DNA of 39,480 nucleotides from Promethearchaeota archaeon. GTDB taxonomy: Archaea; Asgardarchaeota; Lokiarchaeia; Sigyniarchaeales; SOKP01. Under the pieces are notes generated by a model. The model worked only from the letters and a program-made list of their open reading frames with translations, was not told the origin of the DNA and did not search any database. The DNA is taken from the NCBI GenBank assembly GCA_011364925.1, contig RDOA01000033.1, positions 1 through 39,480 of the forward strand. The letters are read 5' to 3'. Position numbers and translations under genes: made by a program. Below are positions 27,501-37,100 of this stretch, piece by piece; positions within the stretch are counted from its first letter, which is position 1, and each line of letters opens with the position of its first letter.

Positions 27501-27518
27501 ACCAAAAATATTTTTGGT
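27501..27518. promoter_or_regulatory. Perfect 18-bp palindrome upstream of mcm (possible operator)
   Basis: ACCAAAAATATTTTTGGT is its own reverse complement and lies 31-48 bp before the mcm start; function unproven. Confidence 0.3.
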
Positions 27519-27649
27519 GATATTTTAATTCCATATATTAACGATTTAAGCTTATTAAACAGAAAATAAAATTAGTTTGAAAAAAATAATGAGAGAGAAT
27601 TGATTTAGTGAAATACTCCGTGTATAGATTTAATAATACAAAAAGGGCT

Positions 27650-30600
27650 TTAATTCTCTTTTAATCTCGTTAGTACTCCACATATTACAGGATCTTGTGA
27701 CATTTCACATCTTATTTTAAGTAAGGAAATTACTCTTTTTTTTATGGTATCATCCTCATACCTTACTGTACGACCCAATATCCGAGCTATTGATTGCTGC
27801 GTTTCAATTGTAGATTCATCACTTAAATTTTTTAACAAGTTGGACAATATTTTGGTAATACCTCTTTTTTGAATGATTTCAACCATCACATCTATAGTAT
27901 TAGCCCTTACTTCTTTGCTTTCATCTGCAAGCAATAAAAGAATACTACTAAATATTTTATCTATATCTTCAATATTGTAAATTTTTAGGAGATTAACTGC
28001 ACCCTCTCTTACTTTTGAATCAGTACTTGTTAGATTATCCGAAACTTTTTTAAATGGAATTGAAATATCTGATATTCCATGTATTGATGATAAAAGATTC
28101 ATAGATGAGCGTCGAACCCAGCTTTTATTATCATCTATCAAATTTACTAGTTTTTTTATCACAATCTCCTTATTTTCAACATACTGAAGTAATTTTCCCA
28201 AACTATCCACAGCAGCATCCCTAACAATCCATTCTTCATCAATTAAACCAATATTTATTAAAGCATCAACAGCTGCTAGTGAATGTGTTTTTTCAACGTA
28301 ACCTAAGACTTTTGCACTAGTTTCTCTAATGAATGAATCTGAATCTGAAAGAAGTTCTATAATAAGAGGAACTGAAATTTGATCAGGTAATTTTTTTGAT
28401 ATTTCTAATAATGTTTTTGTTAGAACTATCCTTACTGACTGTTCTTGATTTGAAATGAAATTGAATATTCCTGTGAGAATTGGTTTTAGCGCTGAGGGTT
28501 TAATCTTTGAAATTTCAAGAATCAATTGAGAAGCTCTTTTCTTCACTTCTTTATCGCGATCTTGTAATAGAGTAATTATCAAATTTAAATCTAATAAACC
28601 AATGTAATCTTTTATTAACTCCTCTAATGATGATATTATGTTTAATTTAACCTCCTTATCATCTGAGCTTAAATATTCGATTAATTTAGGAATAACATCA
28701 GTTGGATATTTTTCACTTATTCTTGTTATTGTTTTAGAAATTATACCCTTCGAAATGTATTTTGATTCATCTTTTACTCTTAACAACTTATCAAGAATTA
28801 GATCAGGACTTTTTTTATAGTTGTAAACAATATTGTTTGAGATTCTTTCCTTTAGCACAGAATTTTCGAATTTTATAAAAATTAAAAAAGTAGTTAAGAT
28901 TTTTTCGGGGTTACTTTCCCATAATCTACTGAGAAGCGATAATATACTATCAATCGATTCAAGATTCTGAGTATCGATTTTATTAATAATCATATCAATG
29001 TCAATTGATTCTGGTTCTTCAGTATAATATTTCGTAAGCGCTAGAACAGAGTTTTTCCTTACATTGCTATCAGTATCTACCAAACCATCAAAAATAGGAG
29101 ATATAGGAATAGCGTTCTTTCTAAAATTTCCTAGTTTAGATACTACTTCAAAAATTGAAGCTCTTACAGAACTATTCGTATCACTCATCAATGGAATCAT
29201 AATATTGATAAGATTTAAGTCAATTTGGTTAAAATCAATATTTTTAAAGTTTTTAATTGCTGCTGCTCGAATATCTTTATTTTTATGATGTATTTTATTC
29301 AATATCATTTCAGTTGGAATATCCAATGAAAGGTCTGAAAAAAGATTAAGAATTTCTACTTGAACTGAGCTATTTGGGTCGTTAATTAAGCTCAATAGTT
29401 CAAATTGTTGAATTTTTTCTCGTTTAATAAGCGCGAGTCTTTTAATTATTTTTATTCCTATTAATTTCATTCGCCATTCAGAATCAGAAATTAAATTACT
29501 GATAACACTAGGAGGAACTTCTTTAATTAGATTATCATCCGCGTCCATTAACGATTTAGCAATAGGTATACTCATATCGTAGTTAGGAGATTCAATGGAA
29601 TCTATTATCCAAGGTAATATTATATCTGGTACAGCCTTTCCTAATTTTGTGAAGATTAAATATGATGTCTCTCTTGCGTACTGATTTGAATCACTCAATC
29701 CATCCAATAATGAATTTTTAAATTTCCAATTGTTTAGAGCAAGATCTTGTTTTAAAGGAATTCGTTCGTACATCATTAATAATGTGTCTTTTGCATGCCT
29801 TCTCAGCGTAGGATCAGAACTTTTTACAAAATTGAAGAGTGGAATCGCATCAAAAGTTTGACCGTATTCAGTAATTTTGGAGAATTTAAGGTTTTTTGTG
29901 AATTCATTATTTTTTGACAGGAAATAATATGAAGTAAAAACAATCATGCATATTTCTTCAATGACTGCCGCCCATGCGAACATTTTAAAGTTAGGAATAA
30001 TATTGACGGTAAATGCCCAAAAATTAAAGGTTTCCGTTAGTTTGACAGAATTTACTATCAAAAAGTTAATTAATACATTAATTCCAATCGCAGCCATCAA
30101 ATAAGCTGCGAAATAGATATCTATCCCTCTATATTTGATTTTTCTTCCCCAAAATCGCGTAAAATAACCAATTATTCCAAATAAGAGCGTAACAAACACA
30201 AAATAGGAAGTCATTGTTGAAATTCCGAATGATCCTGTAAAAAAGAAAATTATCGTCTGAAACAAGGATATCCATGCCCATACAAAAACAAAAATCATTA
30301 AACCTAAGAAAATGTATGATTTAGGATTTGATACGAATTGTTTCATGCCTCTTTTACTATTCTCAAAGTTTAGAAATAATGATCTCTTAATATCGGGTAT
30401 GTGATAATACTCATTACTAATCCCTGCTATATAGCCTTTAGATCCATAAAAGGTTAATATCATTAAGGGGTAAACGAGTAACCAAGAGATCCATATAATT
30501 AAAAAAGGTATACCAGTAAAGGAAATTAATAATGGAGGAATTGAAAATAAAAAATAGAGAAGAAACGCCATACTGATTGAAATTACTTTATTCTTTGAAA

Positions 30601-31003
30601 TATTAATAATGTTATGGCTGATAAATCTATGAAATGGTGTTAAACCTTCATCAGTTTCTGGGCTTAGTGCAATATATAGGAAGTCAACTAAAGGATAGAG
30701 GGAGATATACCCTAAACAAAAAGTAAAAGGAAGAAGCAAAGAAAGTTTTAATGTGTCTGGAGGAGTTAAAGAACTTCCTTGCCAAAATTCAGGAGTTTTC
30801 ACTGTAAAAATAAATGCCATTGCTATCACTACCATAACACTAGCACTAAAGATAAGTCCATAAATTACACACTGAAGGCGATCTTTGTTACTAAATTCCC
30901 CTTTTTTAACTAAGGCAACTTGTCTATAAATTATAACAAATCCAATTATGAAAAAAACAATAAAAATTATAAAAAGAATAAGTTCTAGGAGCAAGTTATT
31001 CAC
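27650..31003 (-). CDS. Polytopic membrane protein (~9 TM) fused to a long HEAT-repeat alpha-solenoid
   Basis: About nine hydrophobic segments in the first ~360 aa, then ~750 aa of repeats such as LISDSEWRMK, LINDPNSSVQ, LMSDTNSSVRAS, LVDTDSNVRKNS, LIDEEWIVRDAA and LADESKEVRAN. GTG start. Confidence 0.85.
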   Translation of the reverse strand: MNNLLLELILFIIFIVFFIIGFVIIYRQVALVKKGEFSNKDRLQCVIYGLIFSASVMVVIAMAFIFTVKTPEFWQGSSLTPPDTLKLSLLLPFTFCLGYISLYPLVDFLYIALSPETDEGLTPFHRFISHNIINISKNKVISISMAFLLYFLFSIPPLLISFTGIPFLIIWISWLLVYPLMILTFYGSKGYIAGISNEYYHIPDIKRSLFLNFENSKRGMKQFVSNPKSYIFLGLMIFVFVWAWISLFQTIIFFFTGSFGISTMTSYFVFVTLLFGIIGYFTRFWGRKIKYRGIDIYFAAYLMAAIGINVLINFLIVNSVKLTETFNFWAFTVNIIPNFKMFAWAAVIEEICMIVFTSYYFLSKNNEFTKNLKFSKITEYGQTFDAIPLFNFVKSSDPTLRRHAKDTLLMMYERIPLKQDLALNNWKFKNSLLDGLSDSNQYARETSYLIFTKLGKAVPDIILPWIIDSIESPNYDMSIPIAKSLMDADDNLIKEVPPSVISNLISDSEWRMKLIGIKIIKRLALIKREKIQQFELLSLINDPNSSVQVEILNLFSDLSLDIPTEMILNKIHHKNKDIRAAAIKNFKNIDFNQIDLNLINIMIPLMSDTNSSVRASIFEVVSKLGNFRKNAIPISPIFDGLVDTDSNVRKNSVLALTKYYTEEPESIDIDMIINKIDTQNLESIDSILSLLSRLWESNPEKILTTFLIFIKFENSVLKERISNNIVYNYKKSPDLILDKLLRVKDESKYISKGIISKTITRISEKYPTDVIPKLIEYLSSDDKEVKLNIISSLEELIKDYIGLLDLNLIITLLQDRDKEVKKRASQLILEISKIKPSALKPILTGIFNFISNQEQSVRIVLTKTLLEISKKLPDQISVPLIIELLSDSDSFIRETSAKVLGYVEKTHSLAAVDALINIGLIDEEWIVRDAAVDSLGKLLQYVENKEIVIKKLVNLIDDNKSWVRRSSMNLLSSIHGISDISIPFKKVSDNLTSTDSKVREGAVNLLKIYNIEDIDKIFSSILLLLADESKEVRANTIDVMVEIIQKRGITKILSNLLKNLSDESTIETQQSIARILGRTVRYEDDTIKKRVISLLKIRCEMSQDPVICGVLTRLKEN

Positions 31004-31110
31004 AATAATTTTTGGAATATTAATATTTTAATATATTTATATTTCTGTTGCTTTACATATATTTAGTTTATAGAAGAATTGAATACTATTTAAATGTGGT
31101 GTGATAAGAG

Positions 31111-31671
31111 TTGAATAAAATTGAAATCCAATTAGAAGATTCCTTAAATCGAGTGAATTTTATTTTTAAAAATGGAGAAGTAACAACTGAGAGTATTAGT
31201 GATTATAATGGGTTTTCAATATTAGGTGAATCGTTTGGACCATTTGAGAAAGGGAAAAAATATAGACTTCCATATTTCATAGCTCTCCCGTTGATCGAAA
31301 ATAACATAATAAAGATAGATTCAAAGGAAAAGTGTGATAACACTGATGTTCAAAGATATGCTATAAGTGAACGAGACGAGCAGAGCCTTTTACATAGAGA
31401 GAATAAGTTTTTCTTAAACAAAATAAGGGAGTTTAGATTTTTAATTGAAAAAGATGCAAATGACAACAAAATTCCTAAACTCGATTTAGATCGGTTCAGT
31501 TCATATTTTATTAATATTGTCGATAATAGATTACTCAAGCTTTTAAAGTTAGCTAAATCTAGTTTATCTTTAGACGACGAGAGAAAGTTAACTGATTCCG
31601 AAAAGTTATTGTTTTCCAAGCTTTTTGAAATTATAAGAACATGGAGAAATTTCTTTTTGACTAAAAATTAG
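31111..31671 (+). CDS. gins23: GINS complex subunit, Gins23/Psf2-like (B-domain first)
   Basis: N-terminal beta domain FGPFEKGKKYRLPYFIALPL, helical domain with RLLKLLKLA and LTDSEKLLF; length 186 aa; close to mcm; TTG start with GGTGTGA upstream. Confidence 0.8.
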   Translation: MNKIEIQLEDSLNRVNFIFKNGEVTTESISDYNGFSILGESFGPFEKGKKYRLPYFIALPLIENNIIKIDSKEKCDNTDVQRYAISERDEQSLLHRENKFFLNKIREFRFLIEKDANDNKIPKLDLDRFSSYFINIVDNRLLKLLKLAKSSLSLDDERKLTDSEKLLFSKLFEIIRTWRNFFLTKN

Positions 31672-31708
31672 AGAAAGTAATGAAGTTTTAACCTATTCTT
31701 TGATACAA

Positions 31709-32386
31709 TTATAAGAATTCTATTTCTCTTGTCCCATATTTCTTAAAATAGTCTTTAATATGATTAGAGACTTCAGGATTTGGATGCAATCTTGGTATTA
31801 AGTCTATTGCATTGCTCATAGCATAATATTGAACATTTTTCTTTTGAATTGCTTCTTCAACAGTCATACCATCGTCTCTTATTTCATTTCTATTTGTAAG
31901 TCCAATAGCGGCTATAATATTTACATGATTCGCTTCTAACTCATCGATTGCTTTAATCATCGAACCTCCCGTGGTCGTAGTGTCTTCGATTAGTATAACT
32001 TTTCCTTTAGGAATTCCAAGAAAATATTTATCTCTTAATTCACCATGATCTTTAGGTTTTCCTCTTCCCATTGACAAAACATACTTACCAGGCTTTATTT
32101 TTTTATCTTCGAACGCCCATTTGTATTGGGTTATTACTCCCAATTTGGTTGCACCTTCAGGAACTCCATAAAAACAATCTGGTTTAAGATTTAAAGATTT
32201 TATAAACGAAAGAAGAAAATTACTAACTCTATCTAACAAAAAGACATCTTCAGCAACCGTTCTCCAATTAACGTACCAATAGGATTTTCTTCCGGACTTT
32301 AATGTTAACGGCTCATCAAAAAATCCAATAACATTATTCTCAATGATAAAATCGTAAAAAAAATCTTTTTCTGTTTCCCAACTCAT
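31709..32386 (-). CDS. pyrE: Orotate phosphoribosyltransferase
   Basis: TLKSGRKSYWY, KDHG loop and PRPP-binding VILIEDTTTTGGS. ATG at 32386; the ORF track extends to a TTG at 32395. Confidence 0.88.
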   Translation of the reverse strand: MSWETEKDFFYDFIIENNVIGFFDEPLTLKSGRKSYWYVNWRTVAEDVFLLDRVSNFLLSFIKSLNLKPDCFYGVPEGATKLGVITQYKWAFEDKKIKPGKYVLSMGRGKPKDHGELRDKYFLGIPKGKVILIEDTTTTGGSMIKAIDELEANHVNIIAAIGLTNRNEIRDDGMTVEEAIQKKNVQYYAMSNAIDLIPRLHPNPEVSNHIKDYFKKYGTREIEFL

Positions 32387-32396
32387 TAAGATCAAC

Positions 32397-32915
32397 TTAA
32401 TCTTTTAGAAGTAAGTATTCTTTACGCGCTTTAGCGTACTCTTCTCCACTAATAGTGCCTGCTAAAAATTCTTTTTCCTTCTTCTGCATTATTTTCCTTT
32501 TTTCAGCTAATTGCTTTTTTCTTTCCGCTTTATCAAAGTTTTCTATAATTGGTTTACAGAGGACATTTAAAGTTTTATCTCCTTTTTTCATCAAGTTTTC
32601 AACATATGGCTTAATTGGTTTTACCAGTTCAATATTTTTTTTAGCTAATTCTTCTATTCGACTAAGTGCTTTACTTATTTCCTCTTGATCGTTACCATCA
32701 AGGACATTAATTAATCCAGGGATGGCAACATCTCTGAGCACTTCATCAAGATACTGCTCAATATCCTTCTTTAATTTATTATCATCATAAGTATTTAGTT
32801 GATTATTGCGAACATATTCAATAAAAATTAAAGGCAATTCTATTGGCCATTCTTTCATTTTATCCTTACTAATTAACTGGACGATTCCACCATCATTTTT
32901 ATGAAATATTTTCAT
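32397..32915 (-). CDS. Uncharacterised helical protein with a HEAT-like hairpin and a C-terminal SHOCT-like motif
   Basis: AIPGLINVLDGNDQEEISKAL (HEAT-like) and FLAGTISGEEYAKARKEYL (SHOCT-like); GAGGT RBS; packed between top6A and pyrE. Confidence 0.7.
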   Translation of the reverse strand: MKIFHKNDGGIVQLISKDKMKEWPIELPLIFIEYVRNNQLNTYDDNKLKKDIEQYLDEVLRDVAIPGLINVLDGNDQEEISKALSRIEELAKKNIELVKPIKPYVENLMKKGDKTLNVLCKPIIENFDKAERKKQLAEKRKIMQKKEKEFLAGTISGEEYAKARKEYLLLKD

Positions 32916-32931
32916 TGTACCAACCTCGAAA

Positions 32932-34125
32932 CTATATCCAATCTCCCGTTGATAATTTTTCAGGAATATATTGATCTGTCAAAAATTCAAAACCAAAAGT
33001 AGATAGTGCTTGAATTTCAGCTTTTATTTTTAACTTTAAAGCAAGTTTAAGATCTTCTTCCCATGCTTTGTTTCTTTTTACAAAATCTTCTCCTAGCAAC
33101 TCTTTAGTTCGTTTAATATCTGTTTGATTCATGGGAATTCTACAATCATTAGGGATTTTATATTTTTCCAAATCTTTAGTTAGTACACCTAAGAGTTTAA
33201 TATTAGGAGTTGCTAAAAAGGGCGATTCATAGCTTAACCGTTTTGATCCTCGAAGATATACAGAGTGAATGTAATGTCCATAAGGATCCGAATCTACAAG
33301 AGTAAACACCGGTAATTTAAGTTCCTTACTAATTCTTCTTAGAAACATTCTTGTAGCAATATCGGCTGCTCCTTTAGCTGTTAATATGATACATGGATAT
33401 TTACGCCAAAATCTCGCTTCTGATAACCTTATCATCGCTGCATCTTTCTCTAATACTAAAATAAATTCTGCGTCGGACTCTAATATTTCAATATTATCTA
33501 GCATAGGGCTTATAGTCCATCCTCCGCTCCCTAATCCTTCTAAGTCAATAATATCGTTTCGATCTCTAATTCTAAGGCGTCCTATACACGAACCCTTGGC
33601 TGACGCAACAATATGTGTAGAATTTCGAGTCGTATATAGCATTGTTGCAACATCTTCAATAGATTTATCACTATTCTTCTGATCTCCAAAAAGTTGGACA
33701 GCAGAATAGAAAATTTCCCTCTTCGTTGCGTGTAGATCTTTGAGTAATAATTCATTTACTTTTTCGAGTACTTTCATTAACCTTGTAATATCAGCGACAC
33801 TAGCAAGCGAATGGAACTGTTTTTCCATTATTTGTTTACCTAAAAGCAGTAAATCATTTTTTTCATCCCAAATTATGTTTGTACTGGTTCTCGAAGGCAA
33901 TTCAATAGAGGGTCTTCCCGTAGCATAAATTTTCTCGATAATAGAGTCCGTTAATTCGTAAATGCGCTCTAAGGTCTGTTTTTTGTTAAGATCATCGATT
34001 TTAACAGTATCTTCGGGTAATTTTATTTCTTTTTTTTCTTCTTCTAAACCTTTATTTAAATATTCTTGAAAGAGCTTTTTTGCTTCTTTTATATCCCACT
34101 TTTTACTTTCCGCTTTACTTGCCAT
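32932..34125 (-). CDS. top6A: DNA topoisomerase VI subunit A (Spo11 homolog)
   Basis: TKREIFY (catalytic Tyr), TOPRIM LEKDA and DSDPYG, KAEIQAL. ATG at 34125 follows an AAGGTGA RBS. Confidence 0.96.
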   Translation of the reverse strand: MASKAESKKWDIKEAKKLFQEYLNKGLEEEKKEIKLPEDTVKIDDLNKKQTLERIYELTDSIIEKIYATGRPSIELPSRTSTNIIWDEKNDLLLLGKQIMEKQFHSLASVADITRLMKVLEKVNELLLKDLHATKREIFYSAVQLFGDQKNSDKSIEDVATMLYTTRNSTHIVASAKGSCIGRLRIRDRNDIIDLEGLGSGGWTISPMLDNIEILESDAEFILVLEKDAAMIRLSEARFWRKYPCIILTAKGAADIATRMFLRRISKELKLPVFTLVDSDPYGHYIHSVYLRGSKRLSYESPFLATPNIKLLGVLTKDLEKYKIPNDCRIPMNQTDIKRTKELLGEDFVKRNKAWEEDLKLALKLKIKAEIQALSTFGFEFLTDQYIPEKLSTGDWI

Positions 34126-34135
34126 ATAATTCACC

Positions 34136-37100
34136 TTATATTAACTTCCAATGCTTTTTCCCCATTTTTGATTCAGTTAAAACTAAACCCTTGCGTTCCA
34201 ACTCTTTTAGTTTAATTTGTAAAAATCGAGCATCCATCATGTCTTTAATTTTCATCTTAAAGATTAACGCTGTGATAGGTTGCCATTCATTAGAGAGTGC
34301 TTCTATTATTTTATCTGTAGTAATTATTGGTAATTGAGTTTGAGTCAGTTGAGGTTGAGGTGGTTGAACTTGTGATTTTAGAACTTTTTTTTCAATAACT
34401 TGTGGTTCTGCTTCCCCTTTCGCTATTTGTAATTGTTTTCGTTTTTCAGCAACAGTTCCAGGTTTAACGGGTATAACTTCTAATGGTTCCTTTAACTCTT
34501 TAATTGAGGGTACGATTTCTTCAGGTTTTCCTTTCTTATAAAATTCTTGAATGATTTTGATAATGTCTTCCTTCCGAACTTTAGATGGTATTTCTATACT
34601 GTTTTCTGAACAGTATTCTCTCAATTCTTCAATTGTCCAATTCCGAAGGGTCTTTTCTGTTAAAACCTCATGGCTAGGTTCTCTTATCTTAGGTGCAACT
34701 TCTTCTGTTTCTTTTGTGTCTTCCCATTCGATTTCGACTTCTTTATGGATTTCTCTTTCTATTCCCTCTTTTTGAGCAGGAGGTTTCCTTACTTTAATTT
34801 TAGGAGGAGCTTTAACGCCAATCGCATCTTTCATTAATTTCATTAATTCCTCTTCTGAAATTTTTCCTTTATATCTACTTTCGCCTTGTGAAACGATGTT
34901 GTAAGCACTTGAAACAAATTGAGGTATATATCTTTCGATTAAGCCTGCTCTCTTCTCACTTTTTCGAATACTTGCTTTCCTATTAAGATATACTCTGAGC
35001 CGTCTTCCTATTGCTTCGAGACAATATTTTATTTCTTTGAGTAAATCCTCGTCTTCAGCTAATGCATTTTTTGATTGAGATTTAAACATTAAATGAACAT
35101 AGGGTCCGGAAACATTTACCATAAGCTTGATTGGGCCCTTTGGAAGATTGTTATCGTATGTATCTAATTTATAATTTTTCCAATTGACCGATTGAACAGC
35201 TTTAGTGATAGCGCAATCAGCACTATCTCTTAGTTTGGGAGTTCTGTTTACAAAACGAGATAATACATCTCTAGATCGTTTGGGAGTATCAAGTTTTCTT
35301 GGATCATTGCAATATGCCATAGCAGCTTCAACCACATAAGCTAAGCCTTTTCCTGACGTTGGAGGTCTTGTTTCTGCGTTCACGAAATCATCGTCTCTGG
35401 TGTAATTTACAGTGAAGTACTCAAAAACATCTTGATATGAGTCTTTCAACACTTCAGTTGACAAAGATATCTTTTTTTGAATTGTTTGTAGAAATTGATC
35501 TGGTTCTGAAAATTGGTCTTTTATGTCAACATTGGCTAATATTTTCGAGTTAAAAATTTTAATATTATCAACATCTATAATCTCATCTTCGATAGTTTCA
35601 GGCGTTATTGATAATTTTTGTTTTTCTTTGTCCTTTTTTCTTTTATCTTGCAATATTTCTGCTGAAGTTTTAAGACTTTCTATAGGATCATCGAAATAGT
35701 CGACATTATCCGAAATCTTAAGTCCAATTTCTTTAATTAAAGTGCTTTCTAAAACAATATCTCCAACAGGAATAGCCGTATCTGTTGGAGGATTCATATA
35801 CTTAATCGATTTAAAAGCGTGAAAGAGAGTATTGAATTGTTCGTTTGTTAATTCTGATGGTTTCGCCTTTGAAATTTGAACTTCATTCACCACATCTTCC
35901 AGTTCGGTACGATTTTTTATTTTTTTAGCTTCAACCAACCCCGAATTGGCAGTAAAAATCTTTTCTAAAGTACTTTTAATTTTTTCTCTTTCTAAATAAA
36001 TTGCATCTATCTCTTTTATTACTTTATCAATTTCTTTTTCTATTTTCTTTTCGTCTTTTTTAGTTTCAGATTTTTCTAATCGATTTTGATGTTTTTTGAT
36101 TTCGTTATCAAATTTATCTAATGCTTTGTTTGAATGATTGTATTTCTCCATAGCTTCCCAATAACTATTCTTCAACTCTTCAGAATCGACACTGTAAATT
36201 ATTAATTTATCACGAGGCTTTGTCGAACGTCCAAAAACTCTTTTTTCGAACTTAAAGTAATAAATGTCATCAGTTTTTTTCGTTAATTTGTTTACAAACC
36301 CACTATTAAGAATTAAAACAGATAGTTTTTCTTGTAAACTCCTTTCAGCAATATTAAGAATCTCTTTCGCAGTTTTTGAACTCATTCTTACAAAATTATC
36401 TTGTAAAAAAGCTGAGATTGACAAATTTTCTGATTTTGTTAAGAGATCTTGTAAATCCCCTATATTTATTGATGATGGATGTGGTTTTGCATATTTTGGT
36501 TGTTTGGGAAAACTTGAAACTAACCTTCTGTAAATCCATTCTTTTCCGGAGGGATCAATAAAAATTATTGTGATGTGTGGGTTCATTAATGCCGTTTCAT
36601 TAATATATGTGTCAACGTAACCCCTAACATATTTTACATTTAAATAATTCAATTTAATGTAAGTTCCGTGTAGAAATTGACTATCGACTTCAGTTGGGCG
36701 AACTAGATATTTCTTTTCGTTTTTTGAAGTCGTAAAGAATTCTGAAACTGTAGCGTAGATAGAATCCTTAGATTTTGATACTGCAACAATGGGTTTTCCA
36801 GTTGTATTTTGAGCGTCACTAAAAGCACTTGGAGCACCGAACCCTTGACTTCCACGAGTTTGTTTCAATTCAACGCTTTTTGAAGAAGCAAGGTATTTCC
36901 CATATTTACGTAAATCAGTTTTATGCATTCCTATTCCATTATCGAAGATTTCAAATGTATAACTCATCACATTTTTTTGTGATAGTTCAGATGTTAAAAA
37001 GGATGCGGCTTCAAATTCTCTTAGTCGAATTATAACAAGAGGTTCAATATCTACAATTGGTTCAACAGGTTTAATGATCTCGTTCATATCTTCTATAATT

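Noticed and set aside
27471-27649. Replication origin near mcm or in the terminal AT-rich region
   Set aside because: No ORB-like repeats with G-strings are visible and there is no orc1/cdc6 gene in the window.
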